Virus record (IMG/VR): IMGVR_UViG_3300027499_000007
Direction: 5' to 3' (one strand)
DNA from: a virus
DNA: 64,000 nt
Shown here: one piece after another, positions 1 to 7,024 of the stretch
Layout of the letters: each line of letters starts with the position of its first letter
How positions within the stretch are numbered: the first letter of the stretch is position 1
The notes under the pieces: generated by a model
Told to the model about the DNA's origin: nothing
The model's input: only the letters and a program-made list of their open reading frames with translations
Database searches by the model: none
Translations under genes and position numbers: made by a program

Positions 1-1
1 T

Positions 2-154
2 CAGGCTAGAGAAATGATTGAAGCCGCCAACATGGAACAATGCGAAAAGTTCGCAGGCGACTATGCTCGTACAATTATTAACACTCAGATGCAGGCACAG
101 TTTCATTGTGTGAGCGACGAAGAGTATAGACTAGCACAGGATCCTGAAGTATGA
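2..154 (+). CDS. partial hypothetical protein (5' truncated by window)
   Basis: Open frame from window start to TGA 152-154; C-term HCVSDEEY resembles next ORF. Confidence 0.7.
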   Translation, partial: QAREMIEAANMEQCEKFAGDYARTIINTQMQAQFHCVSDEEYRLAQDPEV

Positions 155-360
155 AGTATTGGTTAATTATTTTCTTTTTTACTCCCGATGGTGGGTTTGT
201 TGAGAAGAAGGAAGTTCGATACAAGAACGAATTCTCATGTTATTATGAGATGGCAAAAGAATTAGAAAAGAAACAAAAGCTAGTTCCTCATATGTATTGT
301 GTCACTGATGATCATTATCAGGGCAGAAAACAAGATTACGGTATACCGCTAGAAATCTAA
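151..360 (+). CDS. small hypothetical protein with hydrophobic N-terminus
   Basis: ATGA overlap with upstream ORF; YCVTDDHY motif. Confidence 0.7.
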   Translation: MKYWLIIFFFTPDGGFVEKKEVRYKNEFSCYYEMAKELEKKQKLVPHMYCVTDDHYQGRKQDYGIPLEI

Positions 361-363
361 AAC

Positions 364-439
364 GGACCTTTAGCTCAGTAGGTAGAGCAGTAGACTTTTA
401 ATCTATTGGTCCCGGGTTCGAGCCCCGGAGGGTCCACCA
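364..439 (+). tRNA. tRNA-Lys(UUU)
   Basis: Cloverleaf, loop CT-TTT-AA, GTTCGA T-loop, encoded CCA. Confidence 0.97.
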
Positions 440-471
440 AGTTTGTAATTGATATTTGAAGGAAGTGTAAA

Positions 472-774
472 ATGAAAAGTATTGTATTAAACAGTTGGAA
501 TTTCATCTTTGACTATAATAAGAGTCCATTGCGTAATATTCCAGAAGGTAATATCCGACATATGGTCTATCAAATCCTAGGATGGATGTGGGCTATTGCG
601 TTTAGTGTTGCAATTGGAAGTTATACATTTCTTGCAGTAAGTTTGATTGGCCATGCCGTTCTTATCGGCGCCGCGGCTATGACAGTAGCAGTATACACTA
701 CTGCAACCGTGAAACCGGAACTTTTTGTTAAGAAGGCAGGTTGGGGTCGTAGTGTCGACGGTGAGCATATTTAA
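472..774 (+). CDS. hypothetical membrane protein
   Basis: RBS gaagga; two hydrophobic segments. Confidence 0.7.
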   Translation: MKSIVLNSWNFIFDYNKSPLRNIPEGNIRHMVYQILGWMWAIAFSVAIGSYTFLAVSLIGHAVLIGAAAMTVAVYTTATVKPELFVKKAGWGRSVDGEHI

Positions 775-974
775 TGCTTATATTCATAATTGTTCTTACA
801 GCAATTGCGGCAGTACTTACATTGTTTGCATTGCTTAGGGGACTTGTTTCTTTTTCACAAAATCAAACAACTGACTCACGTAACAAGCAAACACAAATGA
901 TGTTTGCACGAGTAAAGTGGCAAGCAATTGCTGTGTTATTGGTAGTAGTTGCTGCCGCTGTTGTAGCTAATTAA
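774..974 (+). CDS. HIG1-like twin-transmembrane small protein
   Basis: Two TM helices joined by QMMFARVKWQA, like the alphaproteobacterial HIG1 family. Confidence 0.65.
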   Translation: MLIFIIVLTAIAAVLTLFALLRGLVSFSQNQTTDSRNKQTQMMFARVKWQAIAVLLVVVAAAVVAN

Positions 975-981
975 AGTTAAC

Positions 982-1057
982 GGACTGTTAACTCAGTTGG
1001 TAGAGTAGCTGACTCTTAATCAGTAAGTCGTAGGTTCGATCCCTACACAGTCCACCA
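982..1057 (+). tRNA. tRNA-Lys(CUU)
   Basis: Cloverleaf, loop CT-CTT-AA, CCA. Confidence 0.97.
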
Positions 1058-1063
1058 GTTTAT

Positions 1064-1115
1064 GGGCCGGCGGTCTAGAACCCGTTGAGCATCGAAAGAT
1101 GTAGTCGGTCCACCA
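1064..1115 (+). ncRNA. 52-nt tRNA-like mini-RNA with Ala-type acceptor (G3.U70, A73, CCA)
   Basis: GGGCCGGC/GTCGGTCC-ACCA stem, two internal hairpins, flanked by the GTTTAT spacer also used between real tRNAs. Confidence 0.7.
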
Positions 1116-1121
1116 GTTTAT

Positions 1122-1267
1122 GTTCCTCCGGTATGGAGCAACCAGCGAGCTCTCAGTGACTCTGCTAGGTGTGGCACAAGGATCTCTCTGGTCACTGTAA
1201 CAGGCTAATGACCTGCTCTGCAAACCTGTCCTTGGTGTACAGTGGTGCAAGTCCACAAGGAACGCCA
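1122..1267 (+). ncRNA. 146-nt tRNA-like RNA with acceptor, T-arm and large insertion
   Basis: GTTCCT/AGGAAC-GCCA acceptor; GTGG-TGCAAGT-CCAC T-arm; internal stems CAGTGAC/GTCACTG and ACAGG/CCTGT. Confidence 0.65.
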
Positions 1268-1279
1268 GTTACCTGGTTA

Positions 1280-1354
1280 GCTCTTGTAGCTCAATGGTAG
1301 AGCTGACCGCTCATAACGGTTAGGTTGGAGGTTCGAATCCTTCCGGGAGCACCA
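1280..1354 (+). tRNA. tRNA-CAU (elongator Met or Ile2, undetermined)
   Basis: Cloverleaf, loop CT-CAT-AA, CCA. Confidence 0.9.
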
Positions 1355-1375
1355 GGTTAGAAAGAGAGAAGAAGT

Positions 1376-1792
1376 ATGTTAGAATGTTTGATTTTAGGCG
1401 ACAGCATTGCAGTTGGTACTAAGATGTTTGCTCCAACGGAATGTGTGTCGTATTCCAAGGGAGGATTTAACTCTTGGCAGTGGAATCAGCGTTGGGGTAT
1501 GAATCCTGTTCAAGCCGATACTGTTGTTATTAGTTTGGGCACCAACGATCACGCAGGTGTTAACACTGAAAAAGAATTACGTAAGATGCGTATGAGAGTC
1601 AAAGCAAAGCGTGTAGTTTGGATTATGCCTCCTTGCAACAAAAGATTTTGTAAGCCTAAGGTAAATGCTATTGTAGAAAGACTCGCACGTGAATACAAAG
1701 ATATTATTGTAAGTACGCCATATGTACAGCCGGATCAGATTCATCCTAGCTGGCGCGGTTACAAGGATTTAGTTAGCAAAGCAAAAATTTAG
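1376..1792 (+). CDS. SGNH/GDSL hydrolase-like protein
   Basis: ILGDS, SLGTND and DQIHP blocks. Confidence 0.8.
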   Translation: MLECLILGDSIAVGTKMFAPTECVSYSKGGFNSWQWNQRWGMNPVQADTVVISLGTNDHAGVNTEKELRKMRMRVKAKRVVWIMPPCNKRFCKPKVNAIVERLAREYKDIIVSTPYVQPDQIHPSWRGYKDLVSKAKI

Positions 1793-1866
1793 CAACGTAG
1801 CTCAGTTGGTAGAGCAGCGGTCTCATACGCCGCCCGTCGGCAGTTCGAGTCTGCCCGTTGCTACCA
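1791..1866 (+). tRNA. tRNA-CAU (undetermined identity, A1-U72)
   Basis: Cloverleaf, loop CT-CAT-AC, CCA. Confidence 0.9.
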
Positions 1867-1872
1867 GTTTAT

Positions 1873-1949
1873 GGTGTCGGTAGCTCAGTTGGTAGAGCCC
1901 CGGTTTGTGGTACCGGTTGTCGCGGGTTCGAATCCCGTCCTTCACCCCA
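1873..1949 (+). tRNA. tRNA-His(GUG) with G-1:C73
   Basis: Loop TT-GTG-GT; extra 5' G opposite C73; CCA; two acceptor mismatches. Confidence 0.9.
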
Positions 1950-1950
1950 G

Positions 1951-2028
1951 CGGCCCTTAGCTCAGTTGGATTAGAGCACACGGCTACGAACCGTGAGGTC
2001 GGGAGTTCGAGTCTCTCAGGGCCGGCCA
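1951..2028 (+). tRNA. tRNA-Arg(ACG)
   Basis: Loop CT-ACG-AA, CCA. Confidence 0.95.
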
Positions 2029-2034
2029 GAATTT

Positions 2035-2110
2035 GCCAAGATAGCTCAGTTGGTAGAGCACGGGACTGAAAATCCCGGTGTCGCCGGTTCGATCCCGGCT
2101 CTTGGTACCA
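2035..2110 (+). tRNA. tRNA-Phe(GAA)
   Basis: Loop CT-GAA-AA, CCA. Confidence 0.97.
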
Positions 2111-2119
2111 TAAGTTTAT

Positions 2120-2193
2120 TGCCTCTTCGTCTAGTGGTAGGACACCGGATTTTGATTCCGGCAGCCGAGGTTCGAATCCTTGAGGGGCAGCCA
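2120..2193 (+). tRNA. tRNA-Gln(UUG)
   Basis: Loop TT-TTG-AT, U1-A72, G73, CCA. Confidence 0.96.
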
Positions 2194-2200
2194 AATTTAA

Positions 2201-2314
2201 AAGATAAGTAAAGAGTTAATAGATTTGTGTGATACATACGGTAAACGTAAGGCAGCAGAAATATTAGGTATAAGTTTAAGTGCTTGCAGAAGTAGGTATC
2301 ACAGATTAAAATAA
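2201..2314 (+). pseudogene. start-less helix-turn-helix remnant
   Basis: Frame reads KISKELIDLCDTYGKRKAAEILGISLSACRSRYHRLK*, bounded by TAA 2198-2200, with no start codon. Confidence 0.55.
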
Positions 2315-2315
2315 T

Positions 2316-2399
2316 GCGGACGTGGTGGAATGGTATACACGATGGTCTTAGAAGCCATTGCCGAAAGGCTTGAGAGTTCGAGTCTCTCCGTCCGCACCA
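2316..2399 (+). tRNA. tRNA-Leu(UAG)
   Basis: Loop CT-TAG-AA, long variable arm, CCA. Confidence 0.96.
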
Positions 2400-2432
2400 A
2401 ATTTAGTTAGTGTCCATGGGCACCAATACAAA

Positions 2433-2524
2433 GGAAGAGTGGCAGAGCCCGGTTTATTGCACCTGACTTGAAATCAGACGTACCTGTGAGGGTACCGTGA
2501 GTTCGAATCTCACCTCTTCCGCCA
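2433..2524 (+). tRNA. tRNA-Ser(UGA)
   Basis: Loop CT-TGA-AA, long variable arm, GCCA. Confidence 0.96.
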
Positions 2525-2529
2525 GATAG

Positions 2530-2558
2530 TTGACAAATAGATAAGTTGATTGTATAAT
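2530..2558 (+). promoter_or_regulatory. sigma70-type promoter
   Basis: TTGACA-17-TATAAT upstream of tRNA-Ser(GCU). Confidence 0.85.
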
Positions 2559-2568
2559 TAACTTATAC

Positions 2569-2660
<92 letters not shown>

Positions 2661-2676
2661 GTTTAGGAAACACCCC

Positions 2677-3114
2677 ATGAGTTACACATTGTTTTTAGAT
2701 GACGAGCGTTCACCTAGTCAAGTAACTTGGGCAGTGTTTCCACGTAACAACCTAAGTATCGTTCGCAATTACGATCAGTTTGTTACACATATTAAGCAAC
2801 ATGGCTTACCAGGTTTTGTGTGTTTCGATCATGATTTAGCTGATGAGCATTATGCGGCAATGCTAAAAGAGAATGAATCATCTGACAATAAATTTACGAT
2901 TTGGATGCCAGGTGATGATCTCTCAGATGGTCTAAACATTACATTTGATTATGGTAATGAAAAGACCGGATATGATTGTGCTAAATGGCTAATTGATTAC
3001 TGTGAAAATAATGGATACAAGTTTCCGCAGTTTGTAGTGCATAGCATGAATCCTGCAGGTAAAGTACGTATTGAGCAGTACATAGCTAATGCCCAAAAAC
3101 ATTTAAATATCTGA
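2677..3114 (+). CDS. cyclic-phosphate-processing receiver-domain (cREC-like) protein
   Basis: LFLDDER, FDHDL, TGYDCAKWL and VHSMNP motifs. Confidence 0.75.
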   Translation: MSYTLFLDDERSPSQVTWAVFPRNNLSIVRNYDQFVTHIKQHGLPGFVCFDHDLADEHYAAMLKENESSDNKFTIWMPGDDLSDGLNITFDYGNEKTGYDCAKWLIDYCENNGYKFPQFVVHSMNPAGKVRIEQYIANAQKHLNI

Positions 3115-3117
3115 TGG

Positions 3118-3180
3118 TTGACAAGCAGTTTAAAGGCTGTATAATTGTTAACAAGTAAGCAGTAAACGTTCTTTAAAAAT
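3118..3180 (+). promoter_or_regulatory. sigma70 promoter followed by boxA-like element
   Basis: TTGACA-16-TATAAT, then CGTTCTTTAAAAAT at 3167-3180. Confidence 0.75.
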
Positions 3181-3181
3181 T

Positions 3182-3270
3182 GATAAGGGAAACTAGCGGC
3201 TATTAGGCCCTGCAATTCGCCCGGGTACTCCGCGCTTAGTTTTAAACGACAGCATTTTGTATCCCTTATC
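3182..3270 (+). ncRNA. candidate structured RNA/leader
   Basis: Closing stem GATAAGGG/CCCTTATC plus inner AACTAGCG/CGCTTAGTT-like pairing; no ORF. Confidence 0.4.
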
Positions 3271-3284
3271 GTTCATTTATTTAC

Positions 3285-3360
3285 GCACCATTCGTCTATC
3301 GGTTTAGGACAACGCCCTTTCACGGCGTAAAGAGGGGTTCGATTCCCCTATGGTGTACCA
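3285..3360 (+). tRNA. tRNA-Glu(UUC)
   Basis: Loop CT-TTC-AC, CCA. Confidence 0.96.
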
Positions 3361-3364
3361 AGAC

Positions 3365-3592
3365 GTTCCGGCTAATAACCGGATAGTGTGGTCCGCATAA
3401 TAAGAAGTAGAGTTATTACTACAGGACCTTACCATTTGGTGCAAATGGCGCTGGCTATGCGAGAATCCTTCCTGGTCGAGCAGCGGGTGGAGTCGTGCGT
3501 GATGCATAGAATCCCCAACCTTAGTTGAGTTGGAACAAGGATTAATCTATGTTGATGCGATATAATGAACCGCCGCAGGAAGGAAGCACCCT
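3365..3592 (+). ncRNA. candidate structured ncRNA between tRNA-Glu and tRNA-Tyr
   Basis: Stems CCTTCCTG/CAGGAAGG, TCCGG/CCGGA and CCATTT/AAATGG; no + strand ORF. Confidence 0.5.
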
Positions 3593-3597
3593 ATTAA

Positions 3598-3683
3598 GGA
3601 CAGGTGGGTGAGTGGTTAATACCAGCAGACTGTAAATCTGCCGCCTCCGGGCTACGCTAGTTCGAATCTAGCCCTGTCCACCA
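3598..3683 (+). tRNA. tRNA-Tyr(GUA)
   Basis: Loop CT-GTA-AA, long variable arm, CCA. Confidence 0.96.
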
Positions 3684-3693
3684 GGAATATAAA

Positions 3694-4217
3694 ATGAAAT
3701 ATCACAAATACACTAATTTTATTACAGCTGAAGATTGTGATGAGCTTGCGTCTTGGATAGTTAAAAATCAAAACTCAAAATATTTCCTAGACGCATATCA
3801 TCCTGGTGCAATAAGAAAAACAACTCGTTTTAGTAATGATGTTGTTTATCCTAAAACCGCATACAGAGTTCAAGAAAATATTGACAATGTTGTAAAAGAT
3901 TTATTCAAGTTGGACACTGTAAAACGAGTTCAGTCTTTTCCTAATGGAATGTATGCATCAATTGGTACTCCTGGTGACTGTTGTGAGGAGCACGTGGATC
4001 CTAGATATCTAGCAAATCATTATACATATCATTTCAATGTTATACTTAGTGATTATGAAAATGCGGATCTTTTCGTTGATAGACATCTAGTAACATTATC
4101 AAAATTAGACGGAATATTATACCCGGTTAGTGAATTATTACATTATACAACTAAGTTAACAAATACTAATTCTAGACTTTTTTGGTGTTTTGGATATTGC
4201 ATTCCTATTAAAAATGC

Positions 4218-4227
<10 letters not shown>
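3694..4227 (+). CDS. 2OG-Fe(II) oxygenase-like protein
   Basis: HVD...H...R pattern; stop codon lies inside the downstream tRNA. Confidence 0.6.
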
Positions 4228-4296
<69 letters not shown>

Positions 4297-4304
4297 TATG
4301 TAGT

Positions 4305-4525
4305 TTTGGAATACCCCGCTTTACACTTTGAGCGCTACCGAAAGTGGGCGATTGTCGCTGCCATACAGACACGGTAAGATTGTTATTGACCGCAAGGCCC
4401 GCTTTACATGGGCGACTTGAGACACACAGTCGGGCAGAAGCTAAACTGACCTAGATGCAAATATAGACGGACAGGGTAACAACTCAGTTTGGGGCTCAAA
4501 TGGGTAGAGTAGCCGAACACTTACG
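4305..4525 (+). ncRNA. candidate structured ncRNA with tandem duplicated module
   Basis: CCCGCTTTACA...TGGGCGA occurs twice (4315, 4398); several hairpins; no ORF. Confidence 0.5.
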
Positions 4526-4533
4526 AATTTAAT

Positions 4534-4610
4534 GGCCTGGTAGCTCAGTTGGTTAGAGCATCCGCCTGTCACGCGGAAGGCCGAGGGTTCAAGTCCCTTC
4601 CAGGTCGCCA
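4534..4610 (+). tRNA. tRNA-Asp(GUC)
   Basis: Loop CT-GTC-AC, GCCA. Confidence 0.97.
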
Positions 4611-4629
4611 ATTTAAATTCTTGCGTTAG

Positions 4630-4658
4630 TTGACATACCTAAGATTATATAGTAAAAT
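4630..4658 (+). promoter_or_regulatory. sigma70-type promoter
   Basis: TTGACA-17-TAAAAT. Confidence 0.75.
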
Positions 4659-4682
4659 ATAATTTTAGACGCAGGGAGGCAC

Positions 4683-5801
4683 ATGTCTAAACGTGAGATA
4701 ACTGTAGAGAAATTTAAAAACAAATTTGCAGACGTCATTCGCCATACCAGAATGGAACCGGTGGAGATTGTTGTTGCACTAGAGAAAATGGATCCTACCA
4801 AGAACTTGCAGTATGTTCCTTGGTTGGCCAAGCAATTAATTAACAACCAATTTAAGTTTGAAGACACAGCTCGTGTTAAGACTGTGCTAGAAAACTTCGA
4901 CAAGCTAAAACCTCGTTTGGAAAAGCGAGACATTAACCAATTTAGTTTTTACGAACTAGATGAGACTATTGACCGGATTCTTAATCCTGAGATTAAGGAA
5001 GTACTGGTAACTAAAACAGTAAAAGAAAAAGGTGCCTTTCCAATTATTAAAGGCACTAAGATATTGTACAATGGTCCCTTTGGACAGTTAGCAAGCCCGC
5101 AAACAGCCGCGGCAGCAAGACATTTAGGTGCAGGTACAAAGTGGTGTACCACTAATGCTGACACCTTTAAAATGTATAAAAATGATGGCGAGCTGTATGT
5201 TTGGCGAGACCGCAATGGTAGCAAGTACCAATACCAAATTAGAAATAACTATGCTGGCAGAATTGTAATAATGGATGCCAGAGACAGGGCTATAAATTTT
5301 TTAGAGCAAGAGAAATTTGAACAGCATCCTATTATTGGTAAAATTCTAAAACAGCAGGACCAACTGTATAGAGAATACCTAACTAAGCAACAGGAAGCAC
5401 AACGTGAGCACGACAGAATCTATGACATGGTCAAATATGTTTTGGATACTACAGGCATTAACGTTAAGCACGTTAAAAAGATTAAGAGCTATCCAGGAGG
5501 CCTAACAGGCTTCTGTAAGGACGTAATGGATAAGAAATGGGACCTAGTAGAACCTCAGATGGCATTGGGTCCGCGCAGTAGCCAAGAATACGCTATGTTT
5601 ATTAAGAAGGCAAGATGGCCGGAGCAGGAGTCTTTAATTGCAACACATGCAGTAAGCTGGACAATGTACAGCAGAGAGATCCTTGGTACAAATAACAGAA
5701 CTAGCGAAGGTCGTAAGGCACGAGATAAGATGCGTAGAGAAGCATTAAAGACAGTTGGTCTCAAACTTACTGCTAAAATGAAAAAGCTACCTTCATGGTG
5801 A
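4683..5801 (+). CDS. conserved-looking large-phage hypothetical protein
   Basis: 372 aa, RBS ggagg; DPTKNLQYVPWL and GTKWCTT motifs; function unknown. Confidence 0.8.
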   Translation: MSKREITVEKFKNKFADVIRHTRMEPVEIVVALEKMDPTKNLQYVPWLAKQLINNQFKFEDTARVKTVLENFDKLKPRLEKRDINQFSFYELDETIDRILNPEIKEVLVTKTVKEKGAFPIIKGTKILYNGPFGQLASPQTAAAARHLGAGTKWCTTNADTFKMYKNDGELYVWRDRNGSKYQYQIRNNYAGRIVIMDARDRAINFLEQEKFEQHPIIGKILKQQDQLYREYLTKQQEAQREHDRIYDMVKYVLDTTGINVKHVKKIKSYPGGLTGFCKDVMDKKWDLVEPQMALGPRSSQEYAMFIKKARWPEQESLIATHAVSWTMYSREILGTNNRTSEGRKARDKMRREALKTVGLKLTAKMKKLPSW

Positions 5802-5805
5802 TAAC

Positions 5806-6630
5806 ATGGCAACAAAGAAAACACAAACGCAAACTAAGATAGACTTAGACCTTAATAACATTTTTAAGGCTAAGGCAGATCAACCTGTTGCCAAACATAC
5901 CAAAGCTAAAGCAAAGCCCGAAGCTGAGCCTAAGGCTAAGCCTACGCAAAAAATTAAAACAGCTAGCTTTGCTAAGACATTGGATGCCACTAGCAAAATT
6001 AGACCTACACAGGCTATGCTAGACATGATGGATAGGATTCTAGACATAGAGCTAGATGCAGACCTGCCCAGCTATGAGGCCAGTTGTCAGGTAGAAGTTA
6101 GAACTGTGCAAGTGCCAATTGAGCGAGAAATCTTTGGTGGTGTAGAGCCCCAACCTCCAGACTTGGTACCCGCTGTTAAAGTTAATACTACAACATTGGC
6201 TACTGTAGCAGAACATGCGCTACGCAAAGCAGGTTACCTAGTGCCAGACTTCCATCAGGTAGCGGCACTGCCTGGTAACATTAAAGACCAGATTAGACAG
6301 TTAGGTCGTAGCTTGTTTAAGTCTATGACTACTACGCCTACTAACAAGATATATGTAGTAGCTAACTTGGGCGGTATGGGTCCTAACACTAATAGGGAAG
6401 TACAAAGTGTTGCCAATTGGATTAGAGAGAACGGTGAGGACTACGGTGATGGCACCATAGACTTTGACAGGTCTATTCCTGGCTACACAGCAGAAACGTA
6501 CATGTATACAGCTTCAGGCATAACTTGGTTGCTGGTCAATGACTTTGCAGGACAGTACATATATGCTTGGCCAGAGCAAGACAGTTTGTTTAAAATTGCT
6601 GTATCTAAAATAGCATATAAAAACACTTGA
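5806..6630 (+). CDS. hypothetical protein, Lys/Ala/Pro-rich N-terminus
   Basis: 274-aa ORF in tandem with neighbours. Confidence 0.8.
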   Translation: MATKKTQTQTKIDLDLNNIFKAKADQPVAKHTKAKAKPEAEPKAKPTQKIKTASFAKTLDATSKIRPTQAMLDMMDRILDIELDADLPSYEASCQVEVRTVQVPIEREIFGGVEPQPPDLVPAVKVNTTTLATVAEHALRKAGYLVPDFHQVAALPGNIKDQIRQLGRSLFKSMTTTPTNKIYVVANLGGMGPNTNREVQSVANWIRENGEDYGDGTIDFDRSIPGYTAETYMYTASGITWLLVNDFAGQYIYAWPEQDSLFKIAVSKIAYKNT

Positions 6631-6681
6631 CAACTATGGTGTAGTAGTGTATAGTTAAAACTTGAACTAGAGAGAACAGCA

Positions 6682-6942
6682 ATGACTGACCGAGAAATTA
6701 AAATTGTATTTCAACCTGGCTGCTTCGATGACTTTGAAGGCAGTCAAGAAGAGTTGGACAACCTAGTTAAGGAAATTCAAGACATGGTCGCAGATGGATC
6801 ATTGTTTGAAAATTCTACATTCTTAACTGAAGATGACTTGGACGATCTTCCACCAGAAGTACTTGCATCTATTGCAAGAGACTTGGAAATCATTGAAGAT
6901 ATAGACAGCGTAGAAGAAATAAGAAATCGCAAATTAAATTAA
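6682..6942 (+). CDS. acidic hypothetical protein
   Basis: 86 aa, very Asp/Glu-rich. Confidence 0.7.
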   Translation: MTDREIKIVFQPGCFDDFEGSQEELDNLVKEIQDMVADGSLFENSTFLTEDDLDDLPPEVLASIARDLEIIEDIDSVEEIRNRKLN

Positions 6943-6950
6943 AAAAGTAG

Positions 6951-7018
6951 TTGACAAACATTTTAATTCGTGTATAATGATAACATAAGCTAAGAAATTA
7001 GCAACGTTCTTTGAAAAG
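6951..7018 (+). promoter_or_regulatory. sigma70 promoter plus boxA-like element
   Basis: TTGACA-16-TATAAT; CGTTCTTTGAAAAG at 7005-7018. Confidence 0.8.
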
Positions 7019-7024
7019 TAAAAA

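Noticed and set aside
1143-1166. Selenocysteine or opal-suppressor reading of the 146-nt RNA (possible loop TC-TCA-GT)
   Set aside because: Requires bulged pairing that competes with a perfect 7-bp stem; lacks U33 and the 8/5 Sec geometry.
1020-2237. ORF-track calls overlapping tRNAs (1020-1256, 1823-2194, 1993-2211, 2046-2237, also 3304-3507 and 8781-8981)
   Set aside because: They are shadows of tRNA genes with typical antisense-tRNA peptides (GFEP, GLEP) and lack an RBS.
2408-2425. Tiny hairpin followed by CCA between tRNA-Leu and tRNA-Ser
   Set aside because: Only about 5 bp and CCA overlaps the stem; plausible by chance.
3578-3588. GGAAGGAAGCA resembling SRP RNA domain IV
   Set aside because: The upstream CAGGUCC half of the motif is missing and these bases pair in a different helix.
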